A DNA stretch of 40,000 nt from Cardiobacterium sp. Marseille-Q4385. Lineage in GTDB: Bacteria > Pseudomonadota > Gammaproteobacteria > Cardiobacteriales > Cardiobacteriaceae. Positions 1 to 9,688 of the stretch are shown here, piece by piece. Where the stretch lies: the NCBI RefSeq assembly GCF_916618745.1, contig NZ_OU745373.1, positions 2,177,126 to 2,217,125 of the forward strand, in the 5' to 3' direction. The notes beneath the pieces are model-generated. The model had not been told where the DNA came from. It saw nothing but the letters and a program-made list of their open reading frames with translations, and made no database searches. Position 1 is the stretch's first letter. Each line of letters opens with the position of its first letter. The position numbers and the translations under genes are program-made.

Positions 1-401
1 AGCCAAAACACTACGGCAATAACACCTTGGAAGACATCGAACTCCGTCTGAAAGGCATGGCGCAAGACCTCGGCCACCAGCTCGAACACATCCAGCACAA
101 TCATGAAGGCACCCTTATCGACCTTATCCACGAAGCGGGTAAACACGAAGTCGATTTCATCATCATCAACCCCGCCGCCTATACCCACACCAGCGTCGCC
201 ATACGCGACGCACTGGCTGCTGTTGCCATCCCCTTCATTGAAGTGCATCTTTCGAACATCTACCGCCGCGAAGCTTTTCGCCAACATTCCTATTTCAGCG
301 ACCTCGCCCTCGGCGTCATCAGCGGCCTCGGCGCGACCGGTTACGAACTGGCGCTCACCGCCGCCCACCACTACCTAACCCAACCCAAACAAGAGACCTG
401 A
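1..401 (+). CDS. aroQ: 3-dehydroquinate dehydratase, type II (5' end outside window)
   Basis: The frame is open to the window edge (..[18 protein letters not shown]..). [18 protein letters not shown] and [15 protein letters not shown] are typical type II DHQase motifs. It sits in the classic aroQ-accB-accC order. Confidence 0.9.
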   Translation, partial: PKHYGNNTLEDIELRLKGMAQDLGHQLEHIQHNHEGTLIDLIHEAGKHEVDFIIINPAAYTHTSVAIRDALAAVAIPFIEVHLSNIYRREAFRQHSYFSDLALGVISGLGATGYELALTAAHHYLTQPKQET

Positions 402-404
402 CCC

Positions 405-872
405 ATGGACATCCGCAAAATCAAAAAACTCATCGAAATGCTCGAAGCGAGCGGCATTGCCGAACTCGAAATCACCGAAGGTGAAGAATCCGTGCGTATC
501 AACCGCTACGGGCAAATGCCGCCGATGATACCGCCGCCTGCGCCTTACCCCATGCCCTATCCGGCCGCGCCGCAAGCGCCCGCCGCGACCCCTGCGCCTG
601 CTGCCGAGGCCGCCCCTGCCGGCAAGCCTGCACCGGATGGCAAACTCATCCGCTCACCGATGGTCGGCACCTTCTACAACGCCCCCGCGCCCGATGCCGA
701 CCCCTTCATCAAACTCGGCGACGACATCAAGGCGGGCGACACCGTCTGCATCATCGAAGCCATGAAAATGTTCAACCGCATCGAAGCCGACTTCGGCGGT
801 AAAGTCGTGGAAATCCTCGTCGAGAACGGACAGCCGGTCGAATACGACGAACCCCTCTTCGTCGTCAAATAA
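405..872 (+). CDS. accB: Biotin carboxyl carrier protein of acetyl-CoA carboxylase
   Basis: 155 aa with a Pro/Ala-rich linker followed by a biotinyl domain carrying the EAMKM biotinylation motif ([15 protein letters not shown]). Starts 3 nt after the aroQ stop. Confidence 0.95.
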   Translation: MDIRKIKKLIEMLEASGIAELEITEGEESVRINRYGQMPPMIPPPAPYPMPYPAAPQAPAATPAPAAEAAPAGKPAPDGKLIRSPMVGTFYNAPAPDADPFIKLGDDIKAGDTVCIIEAMKMFNRIEADFGGKVVEILVENGQPVEYDEPLFVVK

Positions 873-890
873 GCCCCGGGGGAAACCGCC

Positions 891-2234
<1,344 letters not shown>

Positions 2235-2282
2235 CAGCACACAGCACTGCCCCCGCTTGCGGGGGCAAAACACATCTGCACC

Positions 2283-2834
2283 ATGAAAACTATCCTGACC
2301 ATACTTGCCCTGTTCAGTCTCACTGCCTGCGAGAATCTGGATACTGTTCTTGATACCTACGAAGGCATGTACGCCAACGCCCAAATGACCCGTGACATCC
2401 GGCAGGCTGAAAAACAGCAACAGGAAATGCAACAAAAAGCCCGGCAAGCCAAAACCCCCGCCGATTGGGCAGCACTCTTACCGCCAAAATCGGCGGTCAA
2501 TGCTGCTATAAAAAACAAACCTGCCGTACCGGTATGGCATGACAAAGATCTGAAGCTTGGCGAAGGCGAACAGACTATTCACACCAGCTATGGCCGCTAC
2601 ATGAAAACCGTTATCCGTAACGGCATCATGGATAACTACGCCGATGTGTACGAAGCCGACGGCACACTGCAATCGCACACCCCGTTAGTCAATGGTATCC
2701 CGCAAGGCTGGTCGGATGGTTATATCGCAACCACCGGTGTCCGCACTCGTCTCTACTATCAAGATGGCAAAATTACCCGCTGGCAGCGCTACGCACCCGA
2801 CGGACAACTTATCGACGAAGATACTGTCCCATAA
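2283..2834 (+). CDS. Lipoprotein, hypothetical (C-terminal MORN/YwqK-like repeats, tentative)
   Basis: Signal peptide plus lipobox (MKTILTILALFSLTAC). The C-terminal half has G/Y/W-spaced repeats (VNGIPQGWSDGY..RLYYQDGKITRWQRYAPDGQLIDE). GC is visibly lower (about 47-50% in the stretch I counted) than the flanking accC and prmA. Confidence 0.6.
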   Translation: MKTILTILALFSLTACENLDTVLDTYEGMYANAQMTRDIRQAEKQQQEMQQKARQAKTPADWAALLPPKSAVNAAIKNKPAVPVWHDKDLKLGEGEQTIHTSYGRYMKTVIRNGIMDNYADVYEADGTLQSHTPLVNGIPQGWSDGYIATTGVRTRLYYQDGKITRWQRYAPDGQLIDEDTVP

Positions 2835-2850
2835 CTCTAAGGAAAATCCC

Positions 2851-3732
2851 ATGCCCCACCAAACCTGGCTTGAACTCACCCTTACCGCCCATAGCGACGC
2901 CGAAGCTGAGCAGCTCGAAGCCGCGCTGGAAGCAAGTGGCGCCATTGCCGTTACCTACACCGCCTCCGACGACGAAGAAATCTTCGAACCCCCTATCGGC
3001 ACCACCCCGCTGTGGCAGACCACGCGTGTGACCGGCCTTTATCCACTAGACAGCGACCGTGACGCCATCCTCACCGTCCTGCGCGCCGCTCTCGGCGACG
3101 ACTACCCCATCGCTGAACACCTCCTGCACGACAACGACTGGGTGCGCGCCTGGCTTGACCACTTCCAGCCTATCCCCTTTGGCAACGGCTTTTGGGTGGC
3201 CGCGACCGAACACACCATCCCCGAAGCGGATGCCACCGTGTTGCGTCTTGATCCCGGCCTTGCCTTCGGCACCGGTACCCATCCCTCCACCGCCATGTGC
3301 CTCAACTGGCTGGTGCATCACGACCTGCACGGCAAAACCGCCTACGACTACGGCTGCGGCAGCGGCATCCTCGGCATCGCCGCCGCCCTGCTGGGTGCAA
3401 CGCACATCTGGCAGACCGACATCGATCCGCAGGCGCTCACCGCCAGCCACGACAATGCCGAAAAAAACAACGTCGCCGCGCGCATCACCCTCTGTGCCAA
3501 TCCGGATGATGCGCCACAAGTGGACCTCATCATCGCCAACATCCTCCTCGAACCGCTGTGCGCCCTGCGCCCGCAATTCGAAAAACACCTGCATGCCGCA
3601 AGCCGCCTCATCTTTGCCGGTCTGCTCGAACGCCAGGAAGAACGCATCCACGCCGCTTACGCCGACGCCTACCACATCCGCCGTGCCGACGAACGCGACG
3701 GCTGGATACTGCTCGAACTCCAGCGCAAATAA
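2851..3732 (+). CDS. prmA: Ribosomal protein L11 methyltransferase
   Basis: The internal ATG at 2851 (MPHQTWLELTL..) is preceded by AAGGAAAA. It has the SAM-binding motif DYGCGSGILGIAA and an IIANIL motif. The upstream part of the tracked ORF overlaps the lipoprotein gene and is rejected. Confidence 0.92.
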   Translation: MPHQTWLELTLTAHSDAEAEQLEAALEASGAIAVTYTASDDEEIFEPPIGTTPLWQTTRVTGLYPLDSDRDAILTVLRAALGDDYPIAEHLLHDNDWVRAWLDHFQPIPFGNGFWVAATEHTIPEADATVLRLDPGLAFGTGTHPSTAMCLNWLVHHDLHGKTAYDYGCGSGILGIAAALLGATHIWQTDIDPQALTASHDNAEKNNVAARITLCANPDDAPQVDLIIANILLEPLCALRPQFEKHLHAASRLIFAGLLERQEERIHAAYADAYHIRRADERDGWILLELQRK

Positions 3733-4683
3733 ATGCTCAGCCTTGGCCGCTTCAGCTACCCCTGCCCCGTCATCCTCCTTGCGCCGATGGCCGGCGTCAG
3801 CGACCTGCCTTTTCGCCGCCTCTGCCAGGCGAACGGCGCCGATTACAGCACCGCCGAAATGGTCAGCGCCAAGCCTGACCTGCTGCACACCGACCTTGCG
3901 CAAAACCGCCTGCAATTCGATCCCGACCCGCACTACCCAAAAATCGTCCAGCTTGTCGGCGGCGACCCGGCACTGATGGCGGAAGCGGCGCTCCTCATGC
4001 AGGCCAAAGGCGCGGACATCATCGATATCAACCTCGGCTGCCCGGCGAAAACCGTCGCCCGCCAGCAGGCAGGCTCGGCGTTGCTCGCTGATCTCGGCCA
4101 AGTCGCGAAAATCCTTGCTGCCGTCAGCCGCGCCGTATCCATCCCCATCACCGTCAAAACCCGCCTCGGCTACCACGATGACCAGCCGACCCTGTTTGAA
4201 CTCGCCGCCATCGCGGAAGATAACGGCGTCGCCGCCCTTGCCGTGCATGGCCGCAGCCGCGCGCAGAAATACAACGGCACCGCCGACCATGCCGCCATCG
4301 CCGCCCTAAAAAATCGTACCCGCCTGCCCATCATCGCTAACGGCGACATCCGCGATGCCGCGCAAGCGAAAACCCTTATCGACCGCTACGGCTTCGACGG
4401 TCTCATGATCGGTCGCGCCGCCCTCGGCGATCCGTGGCTCTTCGCCCGTTGCCAAGCGGCGGTGAACGGCATCCCTACGCCCGCTGCCGACAAAAATGCG
4501 CAAATCCGCACCCATCTGCACGACCTGCACCAGCACTACGGCGCGCAAGCGACACGCATCGCGCGCAAACACCTGCACGCCTACCTGCGGGATCATCCTG
4601 CCTATGCCGCGCTGCGCGACGCTATCAATCACGCCGCCGATCTCGCCGCTCAACACGCTGTCCTCAATAGCGCCGCGATATAG
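3733..4683 (+). CDS. dusB: tRNA-dihydrouridine synthase B
   Basis: LAPMAGVSDLPFRRLC, DINLGCPAKTV and AVHGRSRAQKYNG are Dus family motifs. The ATG directly follows the prmA TAA, and the gene is in the conserved dusB-fis arrangement. Confidence 0.93.
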   Translation: MLSLGRFSYPCPVILLAPMAGVSDLPFRRLCQANGADYSTAEMVSAKPDLLHTDLAQNRLQFDPDPHYPKIVQLVGGDPALMAEAALLMQAKGADIIDINLGCPAKTVARQQAGSALLADLGQVAKILAAVSRAVSIPITVKTRLGYHDDQPTLFELAAIAEDNGVAALAVHGRSRAQKYNGTADHAAIAALKNRTRLPIIANGDIRDAAQAKTLIDRYGFDGLMIGRAALGDPWLFARCQAAVNGIPTPAADKNAQIRTHLHDLHQHYGAQATRIARKHLHAYLRDHPAYAALRDAINHAADLAAQHAVLNSAAI

Positions 4684-4799
4684 CAAGCGCTGGATAGCCA
4701 TTCCGGAAATCCAGCTGGCAAGATGCACCAACACCGTCAGATTATTTTCCGGGATTGGTTATATACTGCGCGCCCCATGCCGCCCCTTACCCCCTCCCC

Positions 4800-5060
4800 A
4801 TGAAAGCAACCACTATCCGTGCTGCCATCGAGCACAGCATTGAGCAGTATTACGCCATGCTCGAAGAAGACGAACACCCGCGCGAAGCCAGCGGTCTCTA
4901 CCACCTCATCATTCACGAAGCCGAACACGCCGTGATCAGCCATATCATGCTGCGCTGCGAGCACAATCAGAGCCAGGCGGCGAAAATCCTCGGTATCACG
5001 CGCAACACCCTCAAGAAAAAGCTCGACGAGCACCGCATTCCCTATCCCAAGCTCAAATAA
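4800..5060 (+). CDS. fis: DNA-binding protein Fis
   Basis: 86 aa from MKATTIRAAI. The C-terminal HTH NQSQAAKILGITRNTLKKKLDEH is characteristic of Fis, and the gene lies downstream of dusB. The start is chosen at the internal ATG; 4755 is a less likely alternative. Confidence 0.9.
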   Translation: MKATTIRAAIEHSIEQYYAMLEEDEHPREASGLYHLIIHEAEHAVISHIMLRCEHNQSQAAKILGITRNTLKKKLDEHRIPYPKLK

Positions 5061-5072
5061 CAAGGCATCCTG

Positions 5073-5486
5073 ATGAACCTCGACACCTACGACCTGCCCG
5101 ACAGCTATCGCGCCTATATGGCGACGCGTGACCCGGCCGTTGACGCCTACTACACCTTCCGCGAGCGCAAACGCCCGCAGAAAGACATCCGGACCTACTG
5201 CCTGTGGTCGCTGCGCACCCTCGAAGAAAAACAGCCCGTTATCCGCACACCCCTCTATCAGGAGTACTGGGTGCAACGGCAGCAGGCCAAACACCTGCGC
5301 AGCAAAACCGCGTTTGCCTTCGGTCATGCCACAGACGGCGACGGCATCCTTTTCTTCCATCCTGAAAACCACGGCGTATGGGAAATCGCGACGAACGATA
5401 GCGCCCGCTTGCTCGCCGCTACCTTTGCCGATTTCTTTGAGCGGGCGGTGTTTGACCGCGAAGTTGATCTGCGCAATTTCTTCTGA
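5073..5486 (+). CDS. SMI1/KNR4 (SUKH-1)-like protein, hypothetical
   Basis: 137 aa. The pattern LPDSYRAYM.. / FGHATDGDGILFFHPENHGVWEI / ATFADFFER resembles the SUKH/SMI1_KNR4 fold family. Starts 12 nt after fis and is followed by a strong intrinsic terminator. Confidence 0.55.
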   Translation: MNLDTYDLPDSYRAYMATRDPAVDAYYTFRERKRPQKDIRTYCLWSLRTLEEKQPVIRTPLYQEYWVQRQQAKHLRSKTAFAFGHATDGDGILFFHPENHGVWEIATNDSARLLAATFADFFERAVFDREVDLRNFF

Positions 5487-5504
5487 ATCCGCCTGCGTTA
5501 TCCG

Positions 5505-5534
5505 GCGACCGATTCACCACGGTCGCTTTTTTTT
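5505..5534 (+). terminator. Rho-independent terminator after the SUKH-like gene
   Basis: Stem GCGACCG / CGGTCGC with an 8-nt loop, followed by a T8 run (5527-5534). Confidence 0.8.
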
Positions 5535-5598
5535 GTTCTTATTGCGAGCACAAGCGGATGCGTAGGGCCTAGGCAGGACAAGCGTCCTGCGCCCGCCG

Positions 5599-7593
5599 TC
5601 AATCTCCCCCTGCTTCCGTCTCCAGCGGCGGCAGGCCGAATACCGCCCGGTAGTAATCCTCGATGGTTGCAGTGGCATCCAGGGTGATATCGCTACCGTG
5701 GCGCAAATAATCGTCCGCCGCGCGGCGTGATTGCGCGCCAAAGTGCCCGTCCACGGTGAGCTGGTAGCCCTGGCGGGCGAGGAATTGCTGAATCCGTCGT
5801 GCTTTTTCCCGCTCGTCCATAACGGTCGCTTGTGTTGTCGCCGCCTGCGGCCGCACCGTCACTTCCGCTGCCGTCTCTGTCGTTGCCGGTTCCGGTACCG
5901 TTTCCGGCTGTGGCGGCGGTTCCGGCGGCAGGCGGAACAGGTTTTCGCAGATCCGCGTCGGCATGTAGGGGCAGATGTCTTCACTCATGGTGCGGCGGAT
6001 GTTGTTCAGCCACACGCTATCCGTACGCGGCACGAGATCATGCGCTGCCAGCGCGCCATAGAGCGCGGCAGCGATGCCCAGATTGCGCGCCGTGCGCAGC
6101 AGGCGGCGCATGATGATGCCGTTGCGCAACTCCTGCCAGTATTCGCGAGGCACTTTGCTGCGCCGATACAGGGTGAGCAGCGTGCTGCTCAGCCAGGCGA
6201 TGCCGAGCGGTATGACCACCATCAAGACAACGCGCACGGCGGTATCGAATACGGCAAAGAAGGGCCGGTCGGCGAAGTGGGTTTCCATCTGCGCTTCCGC
6301 GTACAGGGTCGCGTAAAGCAGGGTAGGCGCGGCAAACAGCCACCAGACTCCGGCGGCATGGGTCGGCGAAACTTTATCGAGAATGCGGTTCAGGTAGGAC
6401 GCCAGTTCTTCGGCCATTTCCGTGCTGATGAAGCCCTGGCAGGCTTTTTTCATGGCGGCGGCCAGCGCGGCGGCGGAATGATCCGGCGTTCTCGCCATGT
6501 CGCGCAGGACGCTGTCCAGCACCGGCTGTCCGGCGTGGCGGTAGAAGAAGGCGACGGCTTTGCTGCGCTTGACGATGCCCGTCAGCGGCACAGCATCCGC
6601 CAGCCAGTCCAGTTCCAGGGCAAAGAGGTCGTCGAAAAAGGCGGGGCGCACATAGGGATGGGGCGGGTTGGCGAAGGCGTAGCAGGTGTAGGTGTTGCCC
6701 TTCATCAGGGCGCGGTTCAGGGTGAAATCAAGGCGCAGCGCGATGCTTCTGCCCGAATAGGCAAAGAGGTGGCTGCTGACGCCGTTCGGACAATGGCTGG
6801 TGAGGTCAAGCGGGATTTTCTGGCGGCAAAAATCCGGCCCTTCCTGCATGAGCAGCGCATCCAGCACATCATGCGCGAAGCGGGTTGTGGTGCCGATGGT
6901 GTATTCCGGCGCCGCCCGCGCCGCGATGTCGCGCGTCAGCATGAAAAAACCATGTCCGCCGCAGTGCTCGCAGCGCACCGCACCTGCGCCAACGCAATCG
7001 GCACAAGTCATCTGGCCGCTGCCGCTGCATGTCTCGCAGACGTGCTGCACCGTGCGGCTACCGCTGTATTGCCCGTCACGGTATTCCGGCACCTGCTCGC
7101 TGTGCTGCCCGGCACCGCCGCAGGTGGTGCAGGTTTGGCGACCGATACCGCCGCAACGGCGGCAGGTCGTCCGTCCCTTGCCCTGACACAGCGGGCAGTC
7201 TTCCCGCACGGAAAGCGGCGCGAAGCGGTGAAAGACGGTTTCCTGCAACGACTGCGCCAGCCCCTGCCGCCCCGCCTCGCTGAGGCTATTGATAAACGGT
7301 TGGCGCAGCGCAGTGCCCGTCTGCGCCTGGTGCAGCAGCGCCGCCGTTTCCCGCTCGAAAGCCTCCATGTCCTCACCGCAATGCCGCGCGGCCATTTCGC
7401 CACCGGCAATGCGCCGCTCCTCGACATCACCGCTGAAACGCCACACCACGTTCAGCTCGACGGTGAACGCCTCGGCCTCATGCGCCACCTCTTGCACCTC
7501 CTGCGCATCCACCTGGTTGCCATGCGCCAGATTCTTGAGCTGGCGCAGCAAGGTGGCGGCCAAATCCTCCGAGTCATAACCCTCAATCAACAT
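5599..7593 (-). CDS. Membrane protein with six CxxCxGxG zinc-finger repeats and a C-terminal peptidoglycan-binding-like domain (hypothetical)
   Basis: 664 aa from MLIEGYDSED (an AGGGA-type RBS precedes the ATG at 7593; the ORF extends to 7764 but that part lies in the divergent promoter and repeat region). Six repeats at aa 133-215: CPLCQGKG, CRRCGGIG, CTTCGGAG, CETCSGSG, CADCVGAG, CEHCGGHG. Hydrophobic segments at about aa 413-433, 453-476 and 503-520, with an Arg/Lys-rich loop after the second. A Pro/Thr-rich linker leads to ARRIQQFLARQGYQLTVDGHFGAQSRRAADDYL, which is PG_binding_1-like. Confidence 0.8.
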   Translation of the reverse strand: MLIEGYDSEDLAATLLRQLKNLAHGNQVDAQEVQEVAHEAEAFTVELNVVWRFSGDVEERRIAGGEMAARHCGEDMEAFERETAALLHQAQTGTALRQPFINSLSEAGRQGLAQSLQETVFHRFAPLSVREDCPLCQGKGRTTCRRCGGIGRQTCTTCGGAGQHSEQVPEYRDGQYSGSRTVQHVCETCSGSGQMTCADCVGAGAVRCEHCGGHGFFMLTRDIAARAAPEYTIGTTTRFAHDVLDALLMQEGPDFCRQKIPLDLTSHCPNGVSSHLFAYSGRSIALRLDFTLNRALMKGNTYTCYAFANPPHPYVRPAFFDDLFALELDWLADAVPLTGIVKRSKAVAFFYRHAGQPVLDSVLRDMARTPDHSAAALAAAMKKACQGFISTEMAEELASYLNRILDKVSPTHAAGVWWLFAAPTLLYATLYAEAQMETHFADRPFFAVFDTAVRVVLMVVIPLGIAWLSSTLLTLYRRSKVPREYWQELRNGIIMRRLLRTARNLGIAAALYGALAAHDLVPRTDSVWLNNIRRTMSEDICPYMPTRICENLFRLPPEPPPQPETVPEPATTETAAEVTVRPQAATTQATVMDEREKARRIQQFLARQGYQLTVDGHFGAQSRRAADDYLRHGSDITLDATATIEDYYRAVFGLPPLETEAGGD

Positions 7594-7624
7594 GCAGAAA
7601 ATCCCTGAAAAACAAGGCGGCAAG

Positions 7625-7746
7625 TATAGTCGTTCCGAATGGAACTGATGCGGCGTTGGTGAGCCTGTTTGAAACGACCCTATGGAAACCCCGCCGCCGG
7701 GCGATACCCAAGCGGTGTCTGCGTCGATGGCAGTAATGCCACTATA
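7625..7746. repeat. Possible degenerate Correia-like element in the divergent promoter region
   Basis: Bounded by TATAGT... and ...CCACTATA. It contains GCGGCGTTG about 25 nt from the left end and TGTCTGCG near the right end, at positions comparable to the 108-bp elements. The right junction reads CACTATAAT, creating a TATAAT hexamer at 7743-7748. Similarity is patchy. Confidence 0.3.
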
Positions 7747-7775
7747 ATTCGGCTCTGTCTCCACCGGTCCCGCTC

Positions 7776-8234
7776 ATGTCGCACAAAACCTTCATCCTTC
7801 ACTTTGCCGTCGCTACCGCCACGCTCATCGCCGCGATTATCGGCGGCGAGTTCTACCTCAGCACCCTGCTTATCGCCAGCCCCGTTTACTTCGTCCTCTA
7901 CGGTCTCACCCTCGTCATCCGTTACCGCCGCGCGCCGTTTCGCAAAGCCTGGCTGCATTACCCGCTCCTGAGCCTGCTGCTCTACCTGCTGACTTTCGCC
8001 TTCGCCTGGCGCATTTATCACGCCATCGACAGTCTCACCGCCGCGCAGATCGCTGCCTTCCCTGTCTGCCCTGCTGGTGAGACCTGTGTGCCGCAGGTTA
8101 TCCAATACCGCCGTTACCTCGACAGACACTACCTCTACGAACGCGATAGCCGCTGCGTCAGCCTGCGCAGCCCCGGCTACGCCCTGGTAAAGGCCGACAT
8201 CCGCCATTGCCATCAGACCCCGGAGCAACCATGA
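7776..8234 (+). CDS. Hypothetical inner-membrane protein (3 TM, Cys-rich tail)
   Basis: 152 aa with three hydrophobic helices and a C-terminal segment containing 4 Cys ([21 protein letters not shown]). Its stop overlaps the hemF start (ATGA at 8231-8234). Confidence 0.6.
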   Translation: MSHKTFILHFAVATATLIAAIIGGEFYLSTLLIASPVYFVLYGLTLVIRYRRAPFRKAWLHYPLLSLLLYLLTFAFAWRIYHAIDSLTAAQIAAFPVCPAGETCVPQVIQYRRYLDRHYLYERDSRCVSLRSPGYALVKADIRHCHQTPEQP

Positions 8235-9148
8235 ACCCCAGCAACGCCGACATCAGCGCCTTCGCTGCCTACCTTGACGACCTGCAACAACGCATCACCA
8301 CCGCCCTGACCGCGACAGACGGCAGCCCCTTCCGCCGCGATGCCTGGCAGCGCGACGAATCCCGCCTGCGCGGGCACGGGCTGACGATGGTGCTGCAAGA
8401 TGGCGCCGTCTTCGAGCAGGGCGGCGTCAATGTCTCGCACATCGCCGGCGAAAAACTGCCGGCGGCGGCGACGGAAAAACGCCCCGAACTCGCAGATTGC
8501 GCCTACACCGCGCACGGCCTGTCGCTGGTCATCCACCCGCGCAACCCCTACGTCCCGACCAGCCACGCCAACATCCGCCTTTTCACCGCACATGACGGCG
8601 AGCGCGTCCGCGCTTGGTGGTTCGGTGGCGGCATCGACCTCACCCCGTATTACCCGTTTGATGACGACTGCCGCGCCTGGCACCGCACCGCCCATGATGC
8701 CTGCGCCCCCTTCGGTGCCGATCTCTACCCGCGCTACAAAGCCTGGTGCGACCGCTACTTCTACCTGCCGCATCGCGGTGAAACGCGCGGCATCGGCGGT
8801 CTTTTCTATGACGACTACCAGCCCGCCGACTTTGCAGCAGGCGCTGCCTTCACCCGTGCCGTTGGCGAAAGCTGGCTTGCCGCTTACCTGCCCATCGTCG
8901 AGAAGCGCAAAGACACCGCTTACGGCGAGGGCGAACGCGCCTTCCAGCTCTACCGGCGCGGCCGCTACGTCGAATTCAACTTGCTCTACGACCGGGGCAC
9001 CCACTTCGGCCTGCAAAGCGGCGGCCGCACCGAATCCATCCTGATGAGCCTGCCGCCGCTGGTGCGCTTCGCTTACGACTACCAGCCGGCAGCCGGCAGT
9101 GCCGAAGCCCGTCTCGCCGATTACCTCAAACCGCGCGAGTGGCTGTAA
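8231..9148 (+). CDS. hemF: Oxygen-dependent coproporphyrinogen III oxidase
   Basis: [22 protein letters not shown].., [66 protein letters not shown] sits 6 nt upstream of the ATG. Confidence 0.95.
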   Translation: MNPSNADISAFAAYLDDLQQRITTALTATDGSPFRRDAWQRDESRLRGHGLTMVLQDGAVFEQGGVNVSHIAGEKLPAAATEKRPELADCAYTAHGLSLVIHPRNPYVPTSHANIRLFTAHDGERVRAWWFGGGIDLTPYYPFDDDCRAWHRTAHDACAPFGADLYPRYKAWCDRYFYLPHRGETRGIGGLFYDDYQPADFAAGAAFTRAVGESWLAAYLPIVEKRKDTAYGEGERAFQLYRRGRYVEFNLLYDRGTHFGLQSGGRTESILMSLPPLVRFAYDYQPAAGSAEARLADYLKPREWL

Positions 9149-9616
9149 ATGAGGCCCCTTACCCCGCGCCAGGCAGAACGGCGCCGCCGCCGCGCCATCA
9201 AAGACGCCTACAAATGGCAACAATACGAGGACGCACGTTTGCAGGAAGAAAAAACCGAAGCCTTCCTGCGCGAACTGGCGGAAAACGAACGTCGCTGGCA
9301 GGCGGTCAGCGAAGAACTGGAAAAATACTTTCTTGACGTTGAGTTACGCGAGCAAGAGAGAAACAATGGGCTGGCAGGTTGTGCTGCCCTCAATCTGATT
9401 ATCGCGACCCTCTACTATCTCGGGAACCCGGGAAAAACCTTCTCCGCTCCCGCCTGCTACTTCTACCTCTCGCTGATCGTCATGCTGGGCTTGGGATACC
9501 GCTGCGCGACGGACCAACAACCGCCATTGTCAACGTGGGGAAACCTGTTTTTTGCCGCATTCCTCACCCTATTTTTCCTGCTAATCGCCTATGGCCTGTA
9601 CCGCCTGTTCACATAG
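9149..9616 (+). CDS. Hypothetical membrane protein (charged coiled N-terminus plus 3 TM)
   Basis: 155 aa. The ATG immediately follows the hemF TAA. The N-terminal 70 aa are Arg/Glu-rich, followed by three hydrophobic helices. Confidence 0.55.
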   Translation: MRPLTPRQAERRRRRAIKDAYKWQQYEDARLQEEKTEAFLRELAENERRWQAVSEELEKYFLDVELREQERNNGLAGCAALNLIIATLYYLGNPGKTFSAPACYFYLSLIVMLGLGYRCATDQQPPLSTWGNLFFAAFLTLFFLLIAYGLYRLFT

Positions 9617-9688
9617 TGTGCAGTCTTGCGATGCAAGGCGGCTGAACAGTGATTGAATGATCGGGCTGATGCACGGTTAGCCGCAAAA

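Noticed and set aside
38-52. Neisseria DNA uptake sequence (TCCGTCTGAA, 9/10 match to GCCGTCTGAA), plus a search for other DUS dialects
   Set aside because: It is a single imperfect hit inside aroQ coding sequence. None of the six terminator hairpins share a 10-12-mer, and no CTGAA-ending 12-mer recurs in 40 kb, so there is no evidence for a DUS in this window.
5731-7608. 625-aa plus-strand ORF overlapping the zinc-finger membrane protein gene
   Set aside because: The translation is Arg/Ala/Gly-rich and low in complexity with no domains. The minus-strand frame carries clear CxxCxGxG repeats, TM helices and a PG-binding pattern, so it is the real gene.
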